The translations under genes were made by a program, and so were the position numbers. From Eledone cirrhosa (Eukaryota), in the NCBI GenBank assembly GCA_964016885.1, contig OZ024740.1, forward strand, positions 75,640,001 through 75,704,000: 64,000 nucleotides of DNA, in the 5' to 3' direction. Below the pieces are notes generated by a model that saw only the letters and a program-made list of their open reading frames with translations, made no database searches and had not been told where the DNA came from. This document shows, piece after piece, positions 1 to 13,847 of this stretch; the first letter of the stretch is position 1, and every line of letters starts with the position of its first letter.

Positions 1-954
1 AAATTTTACTTTAAAAAACATGGCAGATGAACCAATCCCATCCGGTGGATGGAAGGGCCAAACACCTGTAGAACATGCTACCAACATCAAAAGGAGTATT
101 TGAAAAAGACTTACCAGCATTGAAACAAAGTGGCAATGTCACTATTACTATTACAAAAAAAAAAACAAAAAAACCAACACAGCCAATAATCACAACACAC
201 CGCTACTAGCACCTGTACCACTAAAAACAACAGAAAACAAGAACAATGACAAGAACAGCAATAACAGCACAAACAACAACAACAAAAACACATTTGCAAC
301 CACGTTGCCAAAACTACTACTAAATGGACTTATATGACATCATCGAGGGCAAAAAGCCTTGATGTCATCTGTGTGGGTTTAGTAACTGCCTAAGAGCTTT
401 CTGCCCTCAACAAAAGACAGCTGGGAACTGTAAAACCTCATTGCTACCAACACCAAAGTCCCAATCACAAGAAAGACACCAACTCCAACAGCAGTACCAA
501 CAGTGGCAGCAGCACCATCTCCACCAAAGGCATCACTTAAAGAAACACCAGCAGCAAGGAGCATGAACAAACCCACCTCGGGGGAAGAGGGGAGGGGATG
601 TCTCCCAACTCAGCTCTCCTTCTCCCTCTCCCACTCCTTTAAACAGACACACACAGACACTCATGTTCACACAAACCCATTTCCACCCATATTCGAGTCA
701 GAACTTTCAGACATTGGTACCACCTTGTCTCGCAGTGAAGATCAGAGGCAACCCCCAAAATGAAACAAACAAAAAAAGAGAGACAAAAAAATAGAAAAAA
801 AACATCAACTCCAACTCCAGAAATTAAATACATCCACCCAAACCAAACACTGACACATCTACAACAACAAAAACTCCACCACCACTATCAACAACAACAA
901 CACCACAACCACAACTACTCTCAGATTTCAATTAATCATTCCCCTTCCCACTGT

Positions 955-1230
955 TTATTAATTTTTCAGATTTTTTCCCACTCACCCCTGCTTATTAAAT
1001 TTTCAAGCGAAATTTTGATTTAAGTGGTAGCATTCCTGCAACAATTAATTTTCTTTAGACATTAAAAAACATTCAACATGACAAAAAAGTACATTACTAG
1101 AAATCCCATACATTATAAAATAAATAAGATGGGTTGGGGGTCTCAATATGTAAACTAAATGACTAATTCTGGTTTAAAAAAAAACCAACGGAGACAACCT
1201 AGAAAAATTACAGATTTTCCTTTTCCACTC
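955..1230 (+). repeat. Dispersed repeat, second copy at ~19925-20235 just upstream of the RSPH1 promoter
   Basis: Shared AGAAATCCC.TAC.TTATAAAATAAATA...ATGTAAACTAAA.GACT.ATTCTG...CAACGGAGACAACCTAGAAAAATTAC. Confidence 0.8.
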
Positions 1231-1514
1231 TCCCCTCTTATTACAACCACCCCCACCTCTACAACAAAATGAAAATTTGCAAAAGAACAACACAAACACA
1301 TAGACATAGTAACTGATCACACATACACCAAACATTGTGCTAGTGAGGAGATCAAATGATAAACTCATGTCCTTCATAGAGCAAAACAAAAACATAGAAT
1401 CATAGAAAAGCTCCAATACCAGCATGAAGGTGCCACAAAATTTCAAAATAATAAGAATGTTTCTAGAAACATACAAAATTTCGAGGAAGAGCTTCCCATA
1501 TGACACAGAGGCCT

Positions 1515-1935
1515 CAAGTGTGAAAGCAACCATCTGCTACGTAACCAGAGTAAATGTCAACCTATTGGAATCCCTTCAGATCATGTGCTCAGTTTGTCAA
1601 GGATGCCCTCTTACATCCCTTTTATATATGCTGATTCTCGAGTCACTACTTTGGAAGCTGAAGCTTTTCATGAGCAGCCTGCACAAACCAGGACATGGAA
1701 GGGCTACATTGACATATGCCAATGTCACTGAGATGATGTCAAACACTTCAGAAATAGAGGAGGTTGGCAACTTTTTAAAGAAATACGAAAATTTGAAGGG
1801 AGCAAAAATTAACCGGGACAAGTAGTGGGTTTGCAGCGCAGCTCCTGAAGAGGCAAATTCATACTGTTCAACAACGTTGTCTGATACTGGACAAACAGAT
1901 CAGTTAAGTTGCTTGGGGTCTGGTTTGATCCATTC
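1515..1935 (+). mobile_element. Tx1/L1-clade LINE RT fragment (upstream 1-950 may be its decayed ORF1)
   Basis: RVNVNLLESLQIMCSVCQGCPLTSLLY.LILESLL.KL...YANVT...GAKINRDK resembles SVRQGCPLSPLLY..ALEPL...YADD...GAKIN. Confidence 0.7.
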
Positions 1936-2554
1936 TGTAACACTTATTAGCCCTCTTCCTACAACTGTGCATTTCATATACAGCTGATTTACACTTGCAT
2001 GGTCATAATTGTTCTTGTTCTGTAGTCTATCTCTTCAACCTCAGCCTTTGCCCACTTGAAAATCTCAACAGTGTACCATATAATAAGTACTTATGATATG
2101 GTACACTGTTGAGATTCTCAAGTGGGCAAAGGGATAGACTACAGAACAAGAAAAATGATGACCATGCCTTGGTGTTTACAGCAAGAATGAAGTTTCTTGC
2201 ATGCAGTTTCATACCTGTGTCTCCTCTTTATATATCTCCTCCACATTCCCTTTTTTTCATACGGGTTCATAGAATTTGATCCACTTTGTCCTTCAAGCAG
2301 CTTATCTCTTTCACATCCTATCTCTCTTTTGCTAACTTCTTTGCAATCTTAAATACTCTAACAACTCTAACAGCTACCTGGCGAGAGCTGATACTGAAGC
2401 CAACAGACAGAAGCTGGAGCAATTGCCGATATTCTCTCCATAATACCACACCATTGCCCCCTGCCCCAGCCAAGCCCTTCCCTCACCTGTCACCATCATA
2501 ACCCTTTTCCCTTCAGTTACTCTCTACACTCCCAGATCTCTCCCTCAAGCATCG

Positions 2555-2805
2555 GAAGGCATGTGGCCTAGTAGTTAAGGTGTTGAGACTCACTGTTATA
2601 AAGATGTTGGTTTGATACCCAGGCTGGAGCCTCTGGATTTGATACCCAGGCTGGCAGCCTCTGGGTTTGATTCCCAGGCTGGCAGCCTCTGGGTTTGATT
2701 CCCAGGCTGGCAGCCTCTGGATTCGATACCCAGACTGGAGCCTCTAAGGTGTTGGGACTCACTGTCATAAAGGATGTCGGTTCAATTCCCAGACTGGGAG
2801 CCTCC
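2555..2805 (+). mobile_element. tRNA-derived SINE head with its B-box segment tandemly amplified (~29 bp x5)
   Basis: TGGCCTAGTAGTTAAGG followed by repeated GG(T/A)TTGAT(A/T)CCCAGGCTGG(C)AGCCTCT. Confidence 0.7.
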
Positions 2806-3380
2806 TATCACTGAAACACCTGAGAAGAAAAACCTCCTCATATGAGGCCAGCTACATATACACAGGTGTGAGCTGTGACAATATAAGAGAGAGACTTTAA
2901 ACACCCCCCCAAAAAATCTACGAGATGCATCTTGTAGGGGCCAGCTAAACCTACACAGGTGTGAGTTGTAATTGTAGGATATGACAGGGGTTCCTTTCAT
3001 TAAAACACCCAAGTGTCCTACTACGAAGTACGACATTGTATGAAGCCTGCTAAACCTACATAGGTGTGTGTTGTAAGAACATGGTAGGTTTAGGGACCCT
3101 ATCATTAAAACACTTCATAAACCTCCTATAGAAGGCTAGCTAAACCTGCATTGGTAGGGGCTGTAACAACATGATAGCCCAATGGTCCCTATCATTAAAA
3201 CACCTAGGATATTTCCTATGAGATAACTTTGAATTTCATGATAGATCTTGGGCTCTTATCATTAAAACACTTTAGAAACCTCCAATGAGATAACAACCTC
3301 ATAGGAGGCTAGCTAAACCTGCATTGGTAGGGGCTATGACATGATAATACAAGACCCCTATCAGTAAAAACCCCTGGGAA
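2805..3380 (+). repeat. Degenerate ~110-bp minisatellite
   Basis: Recurrent CCTATCATTAAAACAC...GCTAAACCT(A/G)CA. Confidence 0.7.
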
Positions 3381-4413
3381 ATCTATGATTTGTACATTAT
3401 TCTATGTACTATACATGCACCTTTGATGAGTTGTAGTGCACCTGAGCACTGTACACAATAATGTTCATTATTACAACTCCTCTTGCAGTGTTATCATCAA
3501 CATTGGCAATTATGAAAGTGATGACGATGAAAATGATGATGAAGATGATGATGTCGGCAACGACAACGATGATGTGTGAGTGTCAGACAATGTTTGGTGG
3601 TATTTAGTTACCACATTCTATGTTCTTAGTTTAAATTCAGCCAAGGTCAATAAAATAATGTACCAGTTAAGTACTGGATTGATATAATCGAGTTTCTCCT
3701 TCCTCCAAATTGCTGGCCTTTTGCAATTGTTAGAAAGAATTATGTTATACACAGAAATAACATAGACTACATGGAGTAAAGAGAACTTTCTAGCCTTGAA
3801 GATAAATATATAACCTCTCTAGTATTAGAGTTACAATAAATTGCACTCAGTAAACTATGTAAAATGGTTGGTGTTAGAAAGAGCACCAAGCTGTAGAAAC
3901 CATGCCAAAAAAGGACTATAAAGGACTATATGAGTGAAGTGAGGTCTCTTGACCCATCTAAGAACTTAGTAACTCATACTATGTGCTTACTTAGATTGTA
4001 ACATTTCATTCAATCCATGCTGACATGCAAAAACAGACATAAAATGATGATGATAATGATGAGCTATTAAAACTTGTCTCCTCATTTTGGTTGTTATAGT
4101 TACAACATTTCAAGCCTTCTTCAAGGCTTGTATTCAGTAACGTTCTGAATGCTTATATTCCATATGCTGTTGCCTCATAGTATTGAATAACAGTTAACTG
4201 CTACAGTTTAGCTGTTGGTCATGAGTTCAATCTCTAGGTTAGTGAATCTACATTATTTGATGTCCTCTCCTTAACCACCCAGTACTACTACACCACACTA
4301 TACTACACTACTACGCCACACAACCACACTAATCACTGATGATGAGAATGACAATGATGATGACAAAAAGATGGTAATTACATTTTTAAATTTTGTTTTT
4401 TATATACACTCAC

Positions 4414-4640
4414 CTTATCATCTTTGAACATACCAACATATTTGTGGTTAGCATGGATTAACTCTCCAAAGCCACTCATTCGTCCATTAACCCAGGTACC
4501 AACATACTGAGTTTTGGTGTCAGCATATGTATATGTTCCTTGTCCATGTCTTAAATGGTCATCCCACTCTCCGGTGTAGGTGTCACCATTGACATAATAG
4601 TAGGTACCAATACCACATCTCTGATCCTTCACCCACTGAC
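4414..4640 (-). CDS. RSPH1: RSPH1 coding exon 4 ([75 protein letters not shown])
   Basis: Acceptor TTTGCAG|GT, donor AAG|GTGAG, 227 nt (phase 1->0). MORN repeats match RSPH1 through ELIHxNHxY. Further exons not found in 1-4413. Confidence 0.95.
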
Positions 4641-4884
4641 CTGCAAAGTAGCATGTTTACCATTCGCATAAGTTGACATGACACATTTACATTTGTTTCT
4701 CTATTTGGACACTGCAACACTGCAGGCTTCCCTTCCCACCTCAAACCAGCAGGGCTGGACTGAGGGGATGGCAAAAGGCCAGAGGGCATAACAATCTTCC
4801 GTTTTGCAGTGGTAGGACCCTCATCTGGGATGCTACATACTGTGACACCTTCTCCAACAGCAATCTGGTATATTTGACAACTAA

Positions 4885-5350
4885 TTCACTACTACACCAT
4901 GCTATATTACACCACTACACTACCATACTATACCATACAACTACACCACATTACCATACTGCATTGCAACACACTATCACACTATATTACACCTCACTAT
5001 ACTACACTACCCTATACAACACTGCGACTCCATATTACCACACTACACTACCATACTATAGTACACCACACTATACCATACAACTACACCACATTACCAT
5101 ACTGCATTACAACACACTATCACACTATATTACACCTCACTATACTACACTCCCCTATAATACAGCACACTATACAACACTGCGACTCCATATTACCACA
5201 CTATACCATACAACTACACCACATTACCATACTGCATTACAACACACTATCACACTATATTATACTACACCACACTACACTACCATACCATACTATACTA
5301 CACCACACTACAGTACACCAGCACACTACACTACCACTCTATACTATGCC
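4885..5350. repeat. Degenerate (ACTAC)n pentanucleotide repeat with higher-order duplications
   Basis: Direct inspection; produces spurious His/Tyr/Thr ORFs. Confidence 0.9.
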
Positions 5351-5485
5351 AGACTGTAGTTTTGTAGCCTTGATTTTTCGTCACATACTTCTCGGATTAT
5401 ATATGAGTATATATGGTAACGCCCAACTCTTTACAGGGATACAGTGTATCCCTTACTAATAATAGAATAAGATAGACATACTAAC

Positions 5486-5580
5486 CTTCATATTTAGAGC
5501 CATCTGGATATAAAAATGTGCCTTCACCATGTTTCTTATTATATTGATATTCTCCAGTATATCGAGCCGTGTTTTTAAAC
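5486..5580 (-). CDS. RSPH1: RSPH1 coding exon 3 ([32 protein letters not shown])
   Basis: Acceptor GGCAG|G, donor GAAG|GTTAG, 95 nt (phase 2->1). Matches RSPH1 [32 protein letters not shown]. Confidence 0.95.
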
Positions 5581-6624
5581 CTGCCAAATATATATGTATG
5601 TATACATGTATATGTGTGTGTATATAGCATGATAAAATCAATTATGATCCATTTCACCCAACAAAATCTGTAGCAACCCAAAATAACAAATCGGTTGTCT
5701 AACAATTCAGCAACATTTGGACATGAGTCTACATCTATACACACATATGCTGTCATTTGCTGACCGACTAGCAGTTAATTCCACATGTGGGATACCAGCA
5801 CTGACTTGAAAATTTAGGAGTAAGGTCGATTATCGGAAACCCCTTGTCTGGAATTTGCTGATTATGGATTTATTATTAATTGATGATCAACGGATTCTCC
5901 ACAGAATATGAAACAGTACTGTACCAGCTTAGATGTGGTTTTGTGTGCTTAACTGGGACGATACTGGCTGTTTCAATTGAGGAAATTGGGAATACATAAA
6001 CATTTTCATATGATAATAAGTCGATACAATAATTAAGCTTTAGGCTTCTGGCTGGGAATGTTGTATTACAATTAATCTTATGTGTGTGCTCCAAATGAAT
6101 TTGTTGATCTAATTGTAAACAATGAGATCAAAATCACTGGATATTGATCAAAACACTTATTATATATACTATCAGAAAAACCACTTTCTGCTAGCATGTG
6201 TAGTGTGTATATTGATATTAGATGCAGGTATATATACATGTAGATATGATACATCAAATAAAATCGTAATTGACAATATATAATACATAGAAATTGAACG
6301 AAGACTGCGTCACACTGTCTTATTTAATCAGTAACGTAATCCATGGTACATTAAAAAAGACGATATTATATATGAACTGCATTAGAAGAAAATTAGTATG
6401 TTTATTCAAGCGATAGCCAACCGGAAGTGTTGACATTTCGGAAATTTTAAAGAAGTGAATCTTTAAATAAACAAAATATATTTAATCAACAGCCACAAAA
6501 TTTAGTAGATAAATTATGTAATATTCATTCATTATTTATTCAAAGTAATCCAACTTATTTTACTAATGGGATCAAAAATTATAAACCGTACGCAGTCCCG
6601 CGTTCCTTGCTTCATTATAGTTTA

Positions 6625-9035
6625 GATATATCTCCACTTGTCGCGTACCTTCATCAGTTCCTCTTCCAGTCTTAGTGATTTGAGGTCTGCTCTCACAACC
6701 TTTGCCCAGGCCTTTCTTGGTCATTCTTTCCACTAGGATTTCCTGGCATTTCTTCACCCATCAGTCATTGTCCATGTGTATTACATGTCCATACCAACAC
6801 AGTCTTCTCTCTTGCACACCATCTCAAATTCCCCTTAAACCCAGCTTCTCCCTCAGCTCATCCAAGCTTTGCTTTTCTCTCATATTTACATTGTACATCC
6901 AACGAAACATGGTTGGTTCATTTCTCTCCAGTCTACACATGTCCTCTGCAGTCACAGCCCATGTTTCACTCACTACATTGCAATGTTGCACACTGGCATC
7001 ATACAGCCTTCCCTTTGTACATCATCATCATCATCATCATAATTTAACATCCATCTTCCATGCTAGCATGGGTTGAAATATTTTGTTATCAGCAATGGGA
7101 GCAATTCTCAAAACTTCCTCCATCCTATCCTTCTTCTAGCTATTATACTCTCGGTGCACCCTCCTCCACTGTTTATTAGGTCACCTAGGTAGCAGAAGCT
7201 ATCAACCACATCTATAGATCCTTGCTGTGACTGGAAAAGGTTTATATCATTAGCAGTCTTCCTCTTGATTTCTCCTGTGCATCTTCTACAAGCAAAGTTC
7301 TCCTTTCCTGTTAGTTTACTCATTATCCCACTACATGTACCTCAGATTTACATTGTGTACATTGTATGGAATTTATAGTTATTCCTTTTCTGTATATTGA
7401 GCATAGCCACCTGAGGGAATATGGGTCCTATCTTCTCTCCTACACACTAGCACTTTAGTTTTGGCTAAGTTTACTCTCAGACCCTTTGATTTCAAATTCA
7501 GTTTCCATAATCAGAATTTATTTTCTAGCTATAAGGACCAAATCATCTGCATAGAGACGTTCCCATGGGCAGCCCATTTTAAATTTACAGTTTAGAGAAC
7601 TGTTACAGTTTAGAGAACTATGATTAACAGCAGAGGGCTAAGAACTGAACTTTGATGAAATCCTACCTGTACCTTGAATTCCGCGCTAAACTCATTTCTT
7701 AATCTTACTTTACTGACAGCTCCTCTGTACATAGCTTGCACTGTTCTCATAAGCCATTCTTCTAATTTTCTTAAGGACCACCAGAGAGTAGATTGAGGTA
7801 CTCTGTCAAAGGCATTCTCTAGATCAAAAAAAGCTAAATATAGTGATTTATTTTTGGCTAGGAACTTCTCTTGTGGCTAGGAACTTCTCTTACTAAAAAG
7901 AAGGCATATGTAGTACTTTTTCCAGGCATAAAACCAAACTGCATCTCATCTATTTTGGCTCTTTCCCTAATTAGCTGCCTTATAACTCTTTCCATCACTT
8001 TCATAACTCGGTCCATTAGTTTTCTTCCTCCACAGTTGCTTCTTTTTAGAGCATCACCTTTGTCCTTGTAGCAATTTATGATGTACTGCTGCACCAGTCA
8101 TTAGCTCTGACTCCATCTTGTATTACTTTATTGACTTATGCAGGTTACTAGCTTGATACCTACCTCTCCCGATGCTTTTAGCATTTCAGCAACCATTTCT
8201 GATGGTCCCACAGCTTTACCATTATTCATCTCTTGATTTCTAAAGAAGTATCTCATTTATTTTGACTCCCTAATTAGCTGCACTATAACTCTTTCTGTCA
8301 CTTTCATAACTAGGTCCATGAGTTTTATTCCCCTACAGTTACTCCTTTCTAGAGCATCAACTTTGCCCTTGTAGCAATTTATGATTGTACTGTGCCGGCC
8401 ATTGGGTATGACTCCGTCATGCATTGCTTGATTTACTATATGGGTTACTAGTTTGACTCCTATCTCTCCCGATGCTTTCAGCATCTCACCAACTATTTCT
8501 GATGGTCCCGCATGTTTACCATACTTCATCTCCTTGATTGTGTCTTTGACCCTAAAACTATCAACTTCAATAGCTCGTTCTTCCTTTGGGTAAGTTGGGG
8601 GTAGTTTCTCTTCCTCCCATTCATTCTCTACATTCATCAATCTCTCATAGTAACATTTACAGACCTCTTTCTTTTGAGCATCAGTGGTGCATCAAGTGCA
8701 CCAGCGTTATTTCTAACACATTTCACCCCAACAACATCTTGATTCACACTAACACACTACCTTGCAATACGGAACACTTCACACCTCTGATCCTCATGTC
8801 TCAAAACATTGGCAAATTTACTTTCTTTAGCCTCTCGCCGAGCTCTGTATACCTGTTGCCTAGTTTGTTTCTTAGCTACATGGTACTGGTCTCTACTACC
8901 TCCATTTTTCCAGTCTGCCCATGCCTGTCTCTTGGCTTTAATAGCTGCATCAACTGTGCTGTTCCACCACCAGATCACCCTCTGTCTGGCTGGTGTTTTA
9001 CTTCAGCTGCAAGTCTCGCCAGAATTTTGCAAAAG
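6625..9035 (-). mobile_element. RTE-clade LINE fragments (RT and C-terminal region, internal partial duplication)
   Basis: WWWNSTVD..IK.KR; INCYKGK.DALERSN.RGIKL; DEMQFGFMPGKSTT; VDSFCYLGDLINSGGGC. Confidence 0.9.
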
Positions 9036-9044
9036 GTTGTATAT

Positions 9045-9445
9045 ATCTCAAAGGCGATGACACAGGACCGAGACCTCTGGCATTACGCAGTAATCAGAAG
9101 ACCCGACTTCCCACGAGTACAAGCCGAAGCTGAAGCATATAGAAAATATGCCCCCACCACCTGCCACTGCAAAGTGGTCATGGAGGTGTCACGACAAAAA
9201 AGCACTCAGTCCACACTGTAAAATGGTATTGTAGGCGCCACAGTAAAAAAATCACCCAGTACTCAATATAATTAAGTTGGTGTTAGGAAGGGCATCCAGC
9301 TGTCGAAATCAAGCCAAATTCAGTTCCCGTATGAGCAAGACATGGTCACCCGACTTGGCATTGCTCACAACAGGACAGCCCATCTAACCCATGCTAGCGT
9401 GGAAGAACGGACGTAAAACAGTGATGATGATGATGATGATGATTG
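9045..9445 (+). mobile_element. RTE LINE 3' end with (GAT)n tail
   Basis: MTQDRDLW; 3'UTR GTTGGTGTTAGGAAGGGCATCCAGCTGT...ACGTAAAACAGTGATGATG. Confidence 0.88.
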
Positions 9446-9484
9446 AAAATAAAGCGAGGTTTCACATTAAGGTCTTTATGAATC

Positions 9485-9580
<96 letters not shown>

Positions 9581-10301
9581 AATTTGTAGTTTACTTGAAG
9601 TATTGTATATGATATAAAGAAATTCGAAATTTGAAAGCCACGACAATGTGGGTTTGGACAGAGAATAATTAAATCGTAAGAAACAGGGCTTGTTTTATTT
9701 TACCTTAATTGATTCATGTGTCCTGATATTTCGAGATTAATATCTCTTCTTCCGAGGAAAATAAAGGAACTATTCCAGTGTCTAAGATAGTAGACTTGAA
9801 ATATCAGGACATATGAACATATGTATAAACATATGAATAAACTAAGGTAAAAAAAACAAGCCCTGTTTCTTACAATTTGATTATTCTCTGTCCAAACCCC
9901 CATTGTCGTGGCTTTCAAACTTCGAATTTCTTTATATATATAAATATATATATATGAAAAGATTCAGGACTCCGACGGCTGAGGTCCGGCTGTTTCGATA
10001 GCTAGATCCAAGTGGAAAATAGACATTAAATGCTGCTGATGATGATATATATATAAATATATGAATTCTATGGTAAGCTGGAAAGACACTACCACAAATA
10101 ATTTTAAGCTTTCTGAAGACGTGTGAAAAATAATTAAGTATTGCACATGATTGAACAATATATATTGTAGTCAGCAAATGTAGAATATCATAATAGACAC
10201 AGAAACATATGTTAAAGCCAAAAAATTCTTACTCTCCTTTCTTGCCAAAGTCTATATTTTTTTATTTTTCTTGGTGCAATACTTGCTTAAATATATATAT
10301 A

Positions 10302-10640
10302 TCATCATCATCATCATTTTACGTCCACTTTTCCCTGCTTGCAAGGGTGGGACGGGAACTGATTCTGGCTTGATTTCTACAGCTGGATGCCCTTCCGACC
10401 ACCAACCTCATTTACAGTGAGTGCTGGGTGCTTTTTTTGTCGTGGCACTTCCACGACCACTTTGCAGTGGAATGATAGGGACCCCAGTACTATCATCTCA
10501 TTTCTACAGCTGAGTAAACTGGAGCAATGTGAAATAAAGTGTCTTGCTCAAGGAAACAACACATCACCCGGTCTGAGAATTGAACTCACAACCTTTCGAT
10601 TGCAAGGCTAATGCTCTAACCACTAAGCCATGTGCCTCCA
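10302..10640 (-). mobile_element. Full-length tRNA-derived SINE with RTE-derived 3' tail (truncated copy at 47737-47970)
   Basis: A box TGGCTTAGTGGTTAGAG, B box GAGTTCAATTCTC, central TCCTTGAGCAAGACACTT, tail shared with the adjacent RTE 3'UTR and ending (GAT)n. Confidence 0.85.
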
Positions 10641-10677
10641 TATATATATAGAAATAAATAAATATGTATATATATAT

Positions 10678-11885
10678 ATCATCATCATCATCACCATTTT
10701 ACGTCCGTTCTTCCACGCTAGCATGGGTTAGACAGGTTGTCCTGTTGTGGGCAGTTTCCGGTCGGCTGACCATGCCTTGCTCATACAGGAACTGATTCTG
10801 GCTTGATTTCTACAGCTGGATGTCCTTCCTAACACCAACCTCATTTACAGTGAGTGCTGGGTGCTTTTTTTTGTTGTGGCACCTCTACGACCACTTTGCA
10901 GTGTGGGCTGGGTGCTTTTTTGCGTGGCACCTCCACGACCACTTTGCAGTGGGAGGGTGTGAGGGCATATTGTCTATATGCTTCAGCTTCGGCTTGTACC
11001 CGTGGAGGGTCAGTCTCCTGTATTACTGCGTGACGCCAGAAGTCGCGGTGTAATTGGGTAAGGTCGGCTTTTATCACCTCATCCCAGGTCTTCTTGGGTC
11101 TCCCCACTCCGCGGTTTCCATCGACTTCTAGTGCTCTGCACCTTTTTATGCAGCTGTCATCCTTCACACGCATCACATGTCCATACCACCTGCACACAGC
11201 ATTTGATTCCGCTTATGCTCAGTCTCTCTCTCAATTCATTTATGCTTTGCCGTCCGCGTATATTACTATTACACATCCATCGGAGCATGCAGGCTTCGTT
11301 TCTTTCTAATCTACACAAGTCTTCCACAGACAGCGCCCAGGTCCCACTACCATGTAATATTGCTGTTCGTATGCACGCATCATACAGTTTGCTTTTCATT
11401 TTGAGGGAAAAGCCTTTTGCAACTAGCAGTGGCAGTAGCTCCCTGAACTTCTTCCATCCCGTTCTTACCCTAATTATTGTACTTTCCGAACACCCACCTC
11501 CACTGCTAACTCGGTCACCTAGGTAGCAGAAGCTGTCTACTGTTTCTATAGAGCCCTCCCAGAGTTTGGTGGTACTTGTTTCCTGTGGCTGTTTGCTGCT
11601 TGCTGTCCCAGCACAGCTGCTACATGTGAAGCCTACATTCTTAGTTAAGCTTCCTGAGATCCCATTACATCTCTTGTGTTCCCATTGTTTGCATTTGGGG
11701 CAGAGAATGGAGTGCCTACCTACACCTTTCCTACATACTGAGCAAGGCCATTTCCCTGAGGGGATCTGGGTTCTGTTTTCTCGTCTACTTACAAGGACCT
11801 TAGTCTTTGTCAGGTTGACTTTGAGACCCTTTCTTTCTAGCCCCTGCTTCCAAGTTTGGAATTTCTTCTTCTCTAGTTCTACCAT
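10678..11885 (-). mobile_element. 5'-truncated young RTE LINE
   Basis: GLKVNLTKTKV, CSVC/CPKC..HKRC finger, FCYLGD, WKKFRELLP, GRPKKTWDE; (GAT)n tail. Confidence 0.92.
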
Positions 11886-12004
11886 AGATATATATATATA
11901 TATATTTGCCGAGAATAAGTAAGTGACATAGTCACTACTTTAAAACTCATAATGAATGGTCTTCAAAATGTTTTCAATTAAACATACAGTATATTGCCAA
12001 ATAG

Positions 12005-12403
12005 ACATTTTTTCACGCTCAGAGTTGCTGAAGCATGGAACAAACTGCCTGCGTCAATTGTTAGCTGTCGAGACACTGCATCCTTTAAGACACTCATGCT
12101 TCCCGAAATACGCCAAAACTACACCTGATGTACCCCTTCCATACACATGCACACATGTGTGTATCATGACTCGTGCACTGTTCATTTTACTGATGTTTGT
12201 GCATTGCCCTATGTACTGTTCATGCACTTTTTTTTTATGAGTTGTGGTACACCTGGGCACTGTACACAATATTTCATTATTGTTATTATTATTATATCAT
12301 GACTCATACACTGTTCATTTTCCTGACATTTGTACATTATTCTATGTACTATACATGTACCTTTGATGAGTTGTAGTGCACCTGAGCACTGTACACAATA
12401 ATT

Positions 12404-12458
<55 letters not shown>
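12005..12458 (+). mobile_element. CR1-like LINE 3' end with duplicated 3'UTR and (ATT)n tail
   Basis: FFTLRVAEAWNKLPASIV...SFK; GCACTGTACACAATA(ATT)n twice. Another tail copy at ~3385-3472. Confidence 0.8.
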
Positions 12459-12459
<1 letters not shown>

Positions 12460-12659
12460 CTATACATACATTCATGTATACATCGCTATTTCAGAGGACC
12501 AATACTAATGCAGATATAACTACAGTTTTTTAATTAGAATGTGAAAATTTAAATACTTTTGATTATTTCCTTTGCACACAGAAAAACAGATTATTTTAAG
12601 CATTTCATAGATTATAGTCTCTCCTCATCAGAACAGTGAAAAGAAATAAAGCAAATAAG

Positions 12660-13275
12660 CTCTGCTGGATGTGTAATGTTACTTCAGATGAAGTAGTGAC
12701 ATATGCATTGAAAGAATCAGCAGTGAAGGAATGGTTGGTTAGAGTAATGATGACAATGTATGAGAAAGCAAATAAGGATGAAGGACAGGAACAGTGATGA
12801 CATTGAAGTGATGGTTGGAGTGCACCAAGGATCAGTATTAAGCTCACTACTATTTGCAGTTGAAATAGAGGCACTGGTCTAAAGTGTAATGGAGGGCTTA
12901 CAATGGGAGTTGCTGTATGCAGATGATCTGGTATAAATAGCAGAGAGTATGGATGGATAGAGGGAGAAGATGAATAAGTGGAAGGAATGTGCAGAAATAA
13001 AAGGTATGAAAGTGAATATCAGAAAGACAAAGATGATGGCCTGTAGTAAAGCATGTGGTGGGAAGAACAGGAGAGAGAAGAAAACAAACAACAACTTGCC
13101 TAGGAAGATGAAGAATAGAATCAGTGATGAATATTGTAAAAAGAAATGGAATGAGATGATTGAGGTGTGTGTTGAAGATGAAAGTAACTGGGTGAGAGAA
13201 ATGATGGAAATGATTATGGAAGGAAGTAGAGGAAGGAGAAAGTCAAGAAAGACATGGCTAATGATGATTTAGGAG
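12660..13275 (+). mobile_element. Old RTE LINE RT fragment
   Basis: VHQGSVLS, ELLYADDLV, GMKVNIRKTK, RGRRKSRKTW. Confidence 0.8.
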
Positions 13276-13663
13276 AAAATGTGAGGGGCAATGAAGATGA
13301 TAAAAAAAACAAAGCTTGACTTTGGGTTCACAAAGCTAACCTTTGCTTTAGCAAGAATTATGGCATACAGAATCCCTTCCCTTGGCTCCAGTGATGCCTG
13401 GCCCGTCTGGTTCTGCCTGAATCACCTCTGAACCGCTGTTGGTTGCTGTAGAGCCAACCTTTGGAAATTGGGATATGCCATCAATGATGATTCCAACTCC
13501 AAATGTGGGCAATTATTACAAACTATGGTTTGCCCCAATCTTGAAGATTCATGCACACTTAACGACCTGGAAACTGTAACACGCCAGGCAAGGCTCTGTG
13601 CGCAACACTGGATGGATGTGGTATAGCAACTTAATAAGAAGAAGATGGTCTTAAAGTACTCAC

Positions 13664-13788
13664 TTGTATGTTCCAGTACCATGACGTCTACCTTCCACAT
13701 ACATCCCTGTGTAGACATCCTGGTTTGGTAGAAGAGCTTTACCCATCCCATGTCTTTCCTCTTTCTCATTCCGTTCTCCGTCATACTC
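13664..13788 (-). CDS. RSPH1: RSPH1 coding exon 2 ([42 protein letters not shown]), MORN repeats
   Basis: Acceptor TACAG|GAG, donor AA|GTGAGT, 125 nt (phase 0->2). Collinear with RSPH1 [42 protein letters not shown]. Not in the supplied ORF track in this frame. Confidence 0.93.
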
Positions 13789-13847
13789 CTGTATTACAAA
13801 ACAAAATTACATTATATAAAGGATTTCAAGTACCACCAATATATTGG

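Noticed and set aside
4874-5459. His/Tyr/Thr-rich ORFs
   Set aside because: Pentanucleotide repeat inside RSPH1 intron 3.
6415-6610. CCGGAAGT ETS-like site and small CpG patch suggesting a nested promoter
   Set aside because: Single short motif with no associated exon or ORF found.
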